Below, one piece after another: positions 27,939-36,446 of a DNA stretch of 36,450 nucleotides. A model generated the notes under the pieces. The model was not told the DNA's origin, made no database searches, and saw nothing but the letters and a program-made list of their open reading frames with translations. Position 1 is the stretch's first letter. Each line of letters starts with the position of its first letter. The stretch is from a virus (lineage: Duplodnaviria; Caudoviricetes): positions 1-36,450 of IMG/VR virus record IMGVR_UViG_3300020045_011376; one strand, written 5' to 3'. Made by a program: the position numbers and the translations under genes.

Positions 27939-28097
27939 TTACTGGACCGGAACTTCAGTACTGACATGCTCTCCAGGAGCTTGAATAGGCGCGTGGAGCT
28001 TCGCATCGACCCAGGCCCACACACGGTCACGAGTCGATGAATCAAGCTTTGAGAGCGTTCCTAGGATGGATGACATTGCTTTCAGTTCTGCGTCCAT
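27939..28097 (-). CDS. 52-aa hypothetical protein
   Basis: AAGGA RBS before ATG 28097 (MDAELKAMSS...). Confidence 0.6.
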   Translation of the reverse strand: MDAELKAMSSILGTLSKLDSSTRDRVWAWVDAKLHAPIQAPGEHVSTEVPVQ

Positions 28098-28227
28098 GGA
28101 TTTTCCTTCATTGGGTAGGTGAGGGAAAATGATAACAGGATGGCGCGAGATGAAAAAGGCATATCTGTTTTGACTGTAATTATTTTTAAGTGGGCTTTTT
28201 GAAAGTTTTGGTGCATGCAAGTAGCAG

Positions 28228-28276
28228 AAATAAAAAACCCCCAGACACCGACAAGCACTTGGGGTTTTTATTTTTA
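28228..28276. terminator. Bidirectional terminator-like hairpin; may instead be the first stem of the ncRNA
   Basis: AAAAACCCC...GGGGTTTTT flanked by A- and T-runs; its loop is complementary to 28488-28495. Confidence 0.55.
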
Positions 28277-28790
28277 TTCGACTCAGCTACGGAATAACTT
28301 CGTCTTGCTTTTAATGCATCATGCACGACCCCTAAAGCAAGCGAAATCCATCCAAAGGCTATATCGAAACGAGCGGAATTAGCCTATCTCGTGAAAAACT
28401 CAGGCTTCCCTTGGTAACTTTCCCCCCAAGATAATTTACAGGGAAAGACAGTGAACCTCATTAAAAGCAAAAGGGTTCATCAAGATGGTCGGTGTGAGCT
28501 TGTGGGTTAATAGACAGGGCTGACGTACACGAGTAAAGCAAATGAAAGAAACCCCGCTCAGTTAACAGCCCCCTATCGATTCACGTCCACGCTAGTAAGA
28601 GCGGTAAGCACAAATCTAGGATTGAAGATCCGGCATTTGTTTGTTTGCTTTGGTCATGTAATTGCCTTTTGAATACTCCGCTGGCAGGAGGAGGATAAGG
28701 CTTACCGCTCAACGCTGGTCTACATAGTCCCACAACGATGCGTCGGAAAGAGGCAATCGTAATGGGGTTCTATATCTTGAAACTGCAAGA
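28230..28790 (+). ncRNA. Putative large structured non-coding RNA (~550 nt); boundaries approximate
   Basis: No ORF of 60 aa or more; over ten complementary segment pairs, including perfect 11-12 bp long-range ones; G-U pairs favour the + strand. Confidence 0.7.
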
Positions 28791-28914
28791 CTTATAATAG
28801 TCAGTCAATTATTACTTTTCTGTAAGCGCATAGCTATCTACTAAAGGTTTTTCGAGATTGGCCGATAAGCTTTGTATGGAACCAATACCGGGACCAAAAA
28901 CAAAGGAGACGAAA

Positions 28915-29094
28915 ATGCTGCAATTCATCGACCACGAAGGAAACTGGATCATGATAAACCCATCTCACATTACGAGCTACAATGCGGTAATAAGCGAAGC
29001 CTTGGGAGCGGTCATGTATAGGCTTCGACTTTTGAATGGCGATTCATTCATAGTCGAGACTGAACACAGCTTCTTTAAAGCGATGAATGGCTAA
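28915..29094 (+). CDS. 59-aa protein, FlbD/SwrD-like small beta fold
   Basis: AAGGAG RBS; WIMINPSHITSY...LRLLNGDSFIV pattern; only convincing + strand gene in this part of the genome. Confidence 0.65.
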   Translation: MLQFIDHEGNWIMINPSHITSYNAVISEALGAVMYRLRLLNGDSFIVETEHSFFKAMNG

Positions 29095-29312
29095 GGCCTG
29101 GGAGGCCGAAAGGCCTTCTGTTCCGTCTTGACCTTGTCCCTTGGCTTCATCTTAAGACAAAGCTTGCACGTCACCTGCTCCCAGTCATCCGTCAACTCCT
29201 TCGAGGGAAGGTGACAGGCCGCTTGATTTCTGTCCTGGCGAAACACTCCAAGTGCGGTTGAGCGCTTATGGGTCTTGGGTTTGTGGTATCGATTGTTCTC
29301 TTTCACCCACAA
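29091..29312 (-). CDS. Small putative zinc-finger protein
   Basis: H...C...VTCKLC. Confidence 0.6.
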   Translation of the reverse strand: MWVKENNRYHKPKTHKRSTALGVFRQDRNQAACHLPSKELTDDWEQVTCKLCLKMKPRDKVKTEQKAFRPPRP

Positions 29313-29491
29313 AACCTCTGCTGTAGAACTTCCCTATGTGCGATCACGTAGGCCTTAGAAGCGTCCAGTGCGGTCTTGAACCCACCCTTTCTATACCTTA
29401 CCCCCTGGCTCTGAAATCGATACTCATAGCTCTTTCCCCCCTCATAAGAGAGGAAGACGGACTTGAATCCTGTCGCAGTTTTGCCTTTCAT
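29303..29491 (-). CDS. Stand-alone AP2-like DNA-binding domain
   Basis: TGFKSV...YRF...GGFKTALDASKAY resembles AP2 SGxKGV...GxFxTxEEAARAY. Confidence 0.65.
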   Translation of the reverse strand: MKGKTATGFKSVFLSYEGGKSYEYRFQSQGVRYRKGGFKTALDASKAYVIAHREVLQQRFCG

Positions 29492-29540
29492 TCCGCCTTA
29501 ACCTCAGCCAATGCAATCAAGGTTTCCTTCGGACTAAGCA

Positions 29541-29753
29541 TCATATCTGATCTTCTCCATAGATCCTATCGAGCGCTGCGATTATAAACCCGATATCGGA
29601 GCCCTTGCCTTGTGCTAATGCACGGTGAAGTTCGTCGCGGGTGAATGCGAGCCGTTGCTGGCCATCATCGGAGAACAACAGCGGGATCATCGCCGTAACC
29701 CCCACGCTGCCGACCTTATCGTTTCCGCCGTTGGCTAAATAATTCTTTTTCAT
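29541..29753 (-). CDS. Hypothetical protein
   Basis: GAGGTG RBS; ATGA overlaps. Confidence 0.6.
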   Translation of the reverse strand: MKKNYLANGGNDKVGSVGVTAMIPLLFSDDGQQRLAFTRDELHRALAQGKGSDIGFIIAALDRIYGEDQI

Positions 29754-29911
29754 TTATCACCTCGAAAAATAATTCGATTACCTTGAATCTCGCCGCCCAT
29801 ATCTTTGATTTTTTGTCTCAATAGGCTATGTTCTCGAAACAAGTATAAGATTTGGATCATGAGCATTATAAATAAAAGCCACCACCTGTGGCGGGAAAGG
29901 AATCTTTTCAT
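29750..29911 (-). CDS. Small single-TM membrane protein
   Basis: GGAGGAG RBS before ATG 29911; WWLLFIMLMIQILYLF. Confidence 0.65.
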   Translation of the reverse strand: MKRFLSRHRWWLLFIMLMIQILYLFREHSLLRQKIKDMGGEIQGNRIIFRGDK

Positions 29912-30126
29912 TTCTCCTCCTCCGGCATCACGCCGCATGCAGCGCGGGCTTTTTCCATGTTCTCCCAAGCGGGATTAATTTTTCCACCCGTACCATCTTC
30001 GGAGTTAATAGCCGCTTCCCTCTCATCATAAGCCCTCACGAATTCGATCAATTCTCTTAGGTCAGGCATACTCATCTCTTCATTTGACATGTAATCGGCG
30101 AACGTAGGAAGCCTATCCCAACTCAT
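29908..30126 (-). CDS. Hypothetical protein
   Basis: Translational coupling at both ends. Confidence 0.65.
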   Translation of the reverse strand: MSWDRLPTFADYMSNEEMSMPDLRELIEFVRAYDEREAAINSEDGTGGKINPAWENMEKARAACGVMPEEEK

Positions 30127-30308
30127 CCCTCCCCCAATCCCTGAGCTTTGAGTTTATCGAGTTCATGTTTTTTCTTTCTGTTTGCCTTCGGTTTGCTCAA
30201 AAAAATCTCCATAGGTGAAAGATTAGGTTTGAATTGTTTTTCAACCCAAGGAATAGCGTCCTTGATTGACCCCTCTATTTTGGAGCACGATCTGCATTTA
30301 CAGCTCAT
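30123..30308 (-). CDS. Small basic Cys-containing protein
   Basis: CKCRSC N-terminus; ends GLGEG. Confidence 0.6.
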   Translation of the reverse strand: MSCKCRSCSKIEGSIKDAIPWVEKQFKPNLSPMEIFLSKPKANRKKKHELDKLKAQGLGEG

Positions 30309-30460
30309 CCCTCCCCCAATCCACGATAAAGAGGTTTCGAAGGTGCCTTAGTCTCAATCTCAATATCTCTTGCGATCATGTCCAATATCGCAGACTTTAG
30401 TTCGTTCTTTCCCCAGGAGTTTTTAGTTTCGATCATGTCGAGTAGTTCTTTTAGTTTCAC
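30305..30460 (-). CDS. 51-aa hypothetical protein (not in ORF track)
   Basis: GTG start overlapping the upstream TGA; MKLKELLDMIETKNSWGKNELK...GLGEG. Confidence 0.6.
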   Translation of the reverse strand: MKLKELLDMIETKNSWGKNELKSAILDMIARDIEIETKAPSKPLYRGLGEG

Positions 30461-30755
30461 CGCTCCCCCTTGTATTTCGCGATCGCCAACCTGACGCCAT
30501 GAAACGGGTCTGTTGTATTTATCTTGTCAATCTCGTCAATTAGTTTATTGGCCTGCTCCAATTTCTCAGCGCACCGTTCATTGACATAACTCTCCAATGC
30601 CCTATCGAAAGTATCCCTAAGACGACTTATATCCTCGCCTCTAAGAAAGGCATCGAGAAAGTCTGTAACAAATCGCTGTCGCATCCAATAGGTCTGCATT
30701 GAGCAACGTTTTAAAAGTGCAGCTTTAACCTCAAGCTCACCAATATTTATTTTAT

Positions 30756-30768
<13 letters not shown>
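30457..30768 (-). CDS. Hypothetical protein
   Basis: Tiles in early operon. Confidence 0.6.
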
Positions 30769-31621
<853 letters not shown>

Positions 31622-31625
<4 letters not shown>

Positions 31626-31894
31626 TTTATCTCTCCCTGCGCCCTAGCGCTGCGATACGCTGCATCTGCTTTCAGAAATCTTGCTTCATCCGCCAGCACC
31701 TCAAGGTTTCCCTTGTCCTGGTAATACAAATCCATTCCGCATTCGTGTTTTACAAAGTAATTTTCAACTGAGGCACGATATTCATCAGCCGCCGATACAA
31801 GGGCCTCGAGAGCTTTTATGCGATCCGCAAGACGCTTAATCCTCGCCTCTGGATGGCTGCCAGTTTCGAATTTCGGGAAATCGTCAAAGATCAT
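31622..31894 (-). CDS. Hypothetical protein
   Basis: GGAG RBS; ATGA overlap. Confidence 0.65.
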
Positions 31895-31936
31895 ATCTCG
31901 TCTCCAATCTCACGCTCTAACCTCCTGACCGATCGC

Positions 31937-32113
31937 TTAGTCCTCCAAGCTTTCATAGGTTCTCGTGCAGGCGATCTTCCCGCAGCTACCGCACTCAAGG
32001 GGGAAGGATGCTGCGACAGGGAAAACGGCGATGTGCCGCCGCCAGCAATTTTCGCATTGAACGATTGCCGCCTCGTGCGGTCTTCTTTCGTTGATGTCGA
32101 TGATGTCGATCAT
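31937..32113 (-). CDS. Small zinc-ribbon protein
   Basis: Likely ATG 32113 (MIDIIDINERR); CENC...CGSC. Confidence 0.65.
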   Translation of the reverse strand: MIDIIDINERRPHEAAIVQCENCWRRHIAVFPVAASFPLECGSCGKIACTRTYESLED

Positions 32114-32340
32114 TTCTTTTGCTCCAATAGCTTTAGGCGTCGCTTGAAATTTTCCCTCGCCTGGCTCACCTGCATGTTGAAGCCAGGACGCTGGTAGATG
32201 TAATCCCACAGAGGGAAAAGGATGGCATCGTATTCCGCGAACCATCGATGCGCGTAGAAGGTCCTCTGCGCGATCCGCTCGAATGCCCTAAGCGCTTCGT
32301 AATCTTCTCGCCTAACGATCTCCCACTTGAAAAACTTCAC
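32110..32340 (-). CDS. Hypothetical protein
   Basis: Coupled at both ends. Confidence 0.65.
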   Translation of the reverse strand: MKFFKWEIVRREDYEALRAFERIAQRTFYAHRWFAEYDAILFPLWDYIYQRPGFNMQVSQARENFKRRLKLLEQKK

Positions 32341-32615
32341 GGCTTATCTCTTTCTTTCACGAGCGTCAACTTTGCATGTCTGCTATTCCTAGTTATAATG
32401 ACATCTCTGTCCCGCTTGTGCCCTCCTTTGCTCTCGCCTCTTACCATTGCCCTGAGCGCAGAATCGACGCCCTCCATGTTGCCTTTCGCGTATTCCGTAG
32501 CCAAATGATGAATAAACTCATGGTTTCCCATGATGACGAATCCGAAGAATCTGAGCATGCAAGGCCTCGTATAGATATGTCCGAGAACAGTACGACCTCT
32601 CTCGGAGGTTTTCAA
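32337..32615 (-). CDS. Hypothetical protein (start uncertain)
   Basis: Tiles in operon. Confidence 0.5.
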   Translation of the reverse strand: MKTSERGRTVLGHIYTRPCMLRFFGFVIMGNHEFIHHLATEYAKGNMEGVDSALRAMVRGESKGGHKRDRDVIITRNSRHAKLTLVKERDKP

Positions 32616-32630
32616 CCTCGTAATCCAAGC

Positions 32631-33059
32631 CTAGCGCTGAATTTGCAGGTATTCATCCATCGCCGCGCGCACGAGAAAGGGAAAGGCAACATCGATGTCG
32701 CCAGGCCCATAGAGGCTTCCGCGAGGGTAGCGCGAAGCCGTCCGCTTGTAGGCCGCCCGGAAGCGATTGCTGAGATGAGGCATTGAATTGAAACCGCACA
32801 TCCCGCCTAGCTCCGTCAGGTTGGTCCCATGCGTCTGCTGGAGAAGGAGGCGGAATAGGTGAAGCCTAAACCCCCAGGCCCATCGCATCGGCGGTAATCC
32901 GAATACCGCGGTAGACCTCCGAGATATGGCAAACTTGGTCATTTGAAAGTGATCGGTAAGCTCGTCCCCGTCGAAGTCTTCGGCGAGGTTTGAGATCAGG
33001 TATTCGACCATGCCGTTTTTGAATTCGTCTAGGTAGGACTGGGATAGTTTCATTTGCAT
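32631..33059 (-). CDS. Stand-alone AraC/XylS-type DNA-binding domain
   Basis: Two HTH: DELTDHFQMTKFAISRR..AVFGLPP and NLTELGGMCGFNSMPHLSNRFRAAYKRTASRY. Confidence 0.8.
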   Translation of the reverse strand: MQMKLSQSYLDEFKNGMVEYLISNLAEDFDGDELTDHFQMTKFAISRRSTAVFGLPPMRWAWGFRLHLFRLLLQQTHGTNLTELGGMCGFNSMPHLSNRFRAAYKRTASRYPRGSLYGPGDIDVAFPFLVRAAMDEYLQIQR

Positions 33060-33490
33060 TCGACCGCACTTGCTTTTTTCATTTCCTCATCGAAACAAAC
33101 ATCACATGATTCAAAGGCATCTCTCGCAAATCCAACTCGCTGAGGAGTAGTAAACTGAAACCATTTTTTCCAAGATGTTTCCTCGTCATATCGGTCGGGA
33201 TTAGCGAGGACAAATAGAGTTCGTTCACACCAATCTCTAAGCTCTGCAATTGATCTTTGACTAAGTGCGTGACGAATCGGATTTCTGTCCCCGCTATATC
33301 TGCCGCCCTTGTATTCCCTGATTGTAACGGTTGGAATTCCCCCATCATGCTCTATTGGGGGAGTCATAAAATGCAGCTCGATTCCATCGAGATCCTCTTG
33401 CAATTCTTCTCCACTCCAGATCATCGCCACACTGGCACGTTCAGTTGGGAAATACCTAGGCCGCTCTAAATCGCTCTCAGTTCGCTTCAT
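33050..33490 (-). CDS. Hypothetical protein downstream of initiator
   Basis: ATGA overlap with the initiator; no Walker A seen. Confidence 0.7.
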   Translation of the reverse strand: MKRTESDLERPRYFPTERASVAMIWSGEELQEDLDGIELHFMTPPIEHDGGIPTVTIREYKGGRYSGDRNPIRHALSQRSIAELRDWCERTLFVLANPDRYDEETSWKKWFQFTTPQRVGFARDAFESCDVCFDEEMKKASAVECK

Positions 33491-34320
33491 TGCATTAACC
33501 CTTCCTGGTCTTCGTTAAGCCTATTTGATCGCCACAGAACAAAGGTTTTGTCCCTCTCAGCGGCACTTAAGAATCTCACTTCGTGTTCTTCAAACTTGGA
33601 AATGAATTCGTCGATGTCTTTTAGGGGAATTCGGCTTTTGATGAGTTTCATTACCCACGCCTGCGAAAATGAAAATTCCTTGTCATTGGAAACCTTGTTA
33701 ACTCGACGCGCCATTGATTTGACATCCTCTGAGATATCCACAGAATTTTCGCAGTAGGGAATTCTTCTAGGGAATAACTGGGATTCTTTAGGGATAGAAT
33801 AGGGATCTTCTATATAAAGATCACTGTCATCAGATTGATGACAGTTCTTACTCAAAATGATGACAGTGGTGTCATCAGATTGATGACAGTTCGTATTCAA
33901 AATGATGACAGTGGTGTCATCAGATTGATGACAGTTGGATTTTCTATTCACAGGCCTGTGGACAACAAAAACCTGCCTGAAAAGCTGATCAGCAAATATT
34001 GGATGGAGAAAATAAGTCTTTTCTGCGCCTATATCGCCAAATGCCAAAATCAACTTTTTTGCCACTAGGCTGTCAAACAATCTAGTCAGGTTGTTTCTTA
34101 GAATACCCGTCGCATCCGACCAGTCGGTAAAACTCCGATTTATTCCGGCAGTCAAATGAGTGATATATTTTGGCCTAGGCATAAACTCGACGAAGCAATA
34201 CATCAGCATCGCTTCGTTGCCAGTCATCTTGTAGGCTTTTTTTGATTTGATTATTTGCCTGACCACGTCCCCATAACTGAGAAACATAGCGCCTTGCTGC
34301 ACTTGACTTTGAGAAGTCAT
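33487..34320 (-). CDS. Replication initiator (lambda O-like, N-terminal winged HTH)
   Basis: SFTDWSDATGILRNNLTRLFDSLVAKKLI wHTH; internal repeated NCHQSDDTTVIIL linker corresponds to iterons. Confidence 0.75.
   Translation of the reverse strand: MTSQSQVQQGAMFLSYGDVVRQIIKSKKAYKMTGNEAMLMYCFVEFMPRPKYITHLTAGINRSFTDWSDATGILRNNLTRLFDSLVAKKLILAFGDIGAEKTYFLHPIFADQLFRQVFVVHRPVNRKSNCHQSDDTTVIILNTNCHQSDDTTVIILSKNCHQSDDSDLYIEDPYSIPKESQLFPRRIPYCENSVDISEDVKSMARRVNKVSNDKEFSFSQAWVMKLIKSRIPLKDIDEFISKFEEHEVRFLSAAERDKTFVLWRSNRLNEDQEGLMQ
33823..33936. other. Putative replication origin (palindromic iterons, 45-bp period)
   Basis: TGTCATCAGATTGATGACAGTT at 33825, 33870 and 33915, plus two intervening TGATGACAG. 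Confidence 0.78.
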
Positions 34321-34370
34321 GAGGGTAGACCTTTATTTACCAGATTATAAGTTTTCAAGTGTCTTTCGAT

Positions 34371-34406
34371 GTCCTCACATTTCGCCGTGTGAGGACTTCT
34401 TTTTTT
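34371..34406 (+). terminator. Intrinsic terminator on + strand in the divergent intergenic region
   Basis: GTCCTCACAT/GTGTGAGGAC stem followed by TTCTTTTTTT. Confidence 0.65.
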
Positions 34407-34557
34407 GTAGTAAGACACTTGAGTTATAGCCTATTTACGCCCTTGACCTGCCTAAGTAAAGAAAAACCTACATGCATCAAAGCAATCACTATCGAAATGA
34501 CCTGAAGGGCTTGCACAGCATACGTTTCGATCACCGCGCGATACGCAGCAATGCATG

Positions 34558-34593
34558 CGCGTAAATGGACGCGTAAATGGACGCGCAAATACT
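34558..34593. repeat. 12-bp direct repeats, possible operator
   Basis: CGCGTAAATGGA twice plus CGCGCAAATACT upstream of the RHH gene. Confidence 0.6.
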
Positions 34594-34672
34594 GCGCGTC
34601 AGCTATCTGTTTGCGTCTTTGGTGTAAACATGTAAATACATATTGGTGCGTTTAGACACTTCAAAGTGAGGA

Positions 34673-34855
34673 ATGAAAATGGAAGAGATGGTGCGATTTA
34701 GCGTGAGTTTACCAGCATCCACGCAGCGAAAGCTCAAGGTGATTTCGATACTGAAAAAGAAGAACATGTCAGTCGTTGTTGCAAAGTTAATTCTAGGATA
34801 CGTGAAACGGCACGAAGGTATTATCTCGAAGTCGGAGGTAATGGCCAATGGCTGA
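34673..34855 (+). CDS. Ribbon-helix-helix regulator (Arc/CopG/ParG-like)
   Basis: VRFSVSLP strand followed by two helices (NMSVVVAKLILGYV). Confidence 0.75.
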   Translation: MKMEEMVRFSVSLPASTQRKLKVISILKKKNMSVVVAKLILGYVKRHEGIISKSEVMANG

Positions 34856-35765
34856 TGAAAAGGTTTTGCTGCACGTCGATAATTTTTCGTCTGAGAAAAT
34901 CGACCTAATCAAAAGGACTATCTGTCGCGATGCAACTGACTCCGAACTTGAGCTATTCATCTTCACGGCTAAGAGCCTGGGGCTGAATCCCTTCGCTCGT
35001 CAAATATTTGCGGTCAAGCGTTGGAATAGCAAGGATTCCCGAATGGAAATGTCCACCCAAGTCTCCATTGACGGATTCCGGTTGGTAGCTGAAAGGACAG
35101 GCAAGTACGCCGGTCAGCTAGGCCCTTTCTATTCAAAAGGCCAGGTCGTTAAGAACGACATCACAGGCCTTCACGAGCTTGTCTGGTATGATGGGTGGCC
35201 TTTCGATGAAGCGCCAAAGCTGGCTAAAATCGCGGTCGTTCGCAAGGATTTCAATGAGCCGCTTTGGGCACAAGCTAAGTTATCCTCGTATGGGCAGACT
35301 GACAAGTCCGGGAACCTCACGCAGATGTGGCGAAAGATGCCAGAAATTATGCTGGCCAAATGCGCAGAATCGCTAGCCCTGAGGAAAGCTTTCCCCAATG
35401 AATTATCAGGCGTCTACACATCCGATGAAATGGGACAGGCGAGCGAGCCCGAGGAAGGCCTGACGCAAGTCCCTTCCCCTAGCCAGCCGCATCAAGCTAA
35501 GCCTCAGCAGCAAATAGCTCCCAGGCCATCCAGGGAAGTATCCCAGGCAGCGGAGGAAATCAAAAGGGTCGAGCCTATCAAGGACTACTTCGATTCTACC
35601 GATGAGGAGCATCTGAACCGGCTCGAAGGCCTTCTCGTTAAGCTTGATGTCCCCAAGGATCTATATAAAAACGTATCTGAAATTCTGCACGGCAAGACCA
35701 TGACTGCTGGGACAGTGTCTGCAATCCTGAAATCTCTTGGAGAGAACCAGCGAGCGGAGAATTAA
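34848..35765 (+). CDS. bet: Single-strand annealing recombinase Bet (RecT family)
   Basis: GLNPFARQIFAVKR, QVSIDGFRLVAERTGKYAG, WRKMPEIMLAKCAESLALRKAFP, GVYTSDEM. Confidence 0.95.
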   Translation: MADEKVLLHVDNFSSEKIDLIKRTICRDATDSELELFIFTAKSLGLNPFARQIFAVKRWNSKDSRMEMSTQVSIDGFRLVAERTGKYAGQLGPFYSKGQVVKNDITGLHELVWYDGWPFDEAPKLAKIAVVRKDFNEPLWAQAKLSSYGQTDKSGNLTQMWRKMPEIMLAKCAESLALRKAFPNELSGVYTSDEMGQASEPEEGLTQVPSPSQPHQAKPQQQIAPRPSREVSQAAEEIKRVEPIKDYFDSTDEEHLNRLEGLLVKLDVPKDLYKNVSEILHGKTMTAGTVSAILKSLGENQRAEN

Positions 35766-35769
35766 ATAG

Positions 35770-35985
35770 ATGGTTTTTGAGAGAAAATTAAAGCGACACA
35801 AGGCGAGATGCGATGAGGTTGACGAGGAGATCATGAAGCTGCATGGTACGGGATTGAGGATCATCCAAATAGCCAGAACGATCCCTATCGGCGAACGATG
35901 CGTTCGAAATTGTCTTCGTGAAAGAGGCCTCGTGCCACCCTTAAAGCCTAGAGACATCACCGGACAAATGGAGAGAGTAAAATGA
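35770..35985 (+). CDS. Small HTH protein
   Basis: IMKLHGTGLRIIQIARTIPIGERCVRNCLRERG. Confidence 0.65.
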   Translation: MVFERKLKRHKARCDEVDEEIMKLHGTGLRIIQIARTIPIGERCVRNCLRERGLVPPLKPRDITGQMERVK

Positions 35986-36446
35986 TAGGACAAACGGTTA
36001 CCAATCTTAGTGACGTTAGCTTTCTTTCGATCGTCTACACTGTCAACGGGATCTATAAGGCAGAAGAAATAGCAGCTGGCAAGAGCCTCATGATCCCTTT
36101 AGAGGCTGTCATCAAAAGTGCCCGATACCCGACAGGCGTCCCCGCCTCTATCTCGGTCGCCCAACCGTTCAAGGAAGAGGTCCAGTCGTGGGCAGACATC
36201 CTACTTGAGCACATCGCCGTCTATGAAGCTAGGGTAGGGACACAAATGTCTGTCCTTAACCGCTCTAAGCAGATAGAAAAAGACACGGGTATTTGCGAGG
36301 GTCAGCTTCGTGCTATAGATTTTTTCAGAAAGACAATTAGGGAGACGTTCAATGTCGGAGAAATCGATTCAGGCCAATTCGCAGAGCATGCTAGCTCACC
36401 TTCAGGCAGCCGAGAAGATGATACTGGATCACTTCCCGGCGTCTAA
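35982..36446 (+). CDS. Hypothetical protein
   Basis: GGAG RBS; ATGA overlap. Confidence 0.65.
   Translation: MIGQTVTNLSDVSFLSIVYTVNGIYKAEEIAAGKSLMIPLEAVIKSARYPTGVPASISVAQPFKEEVQSWADILLEHIAVYEARVGTQMSVLNRSKQIEKDTGICEGQLRAIDFFRKTIRETFNVGEIDSGQFAEHASSPSGSREDDTGSLPGV

Noticed and set aside
28700-28740. Group I intron (CATAGTCC resembles the S element) or tmRNA/tRNA
   Set aside because: No matching R element or P7 partner, no interrupted gene, and no tRNA-like ends found by eye; cmscan is needed to exclude fully.
33823-33936. Mini CRISPR array
   Set aside because: The two spacers are nearly identical, the repeats are in frame within a gene, and no cas genes are present; iterons fit better.
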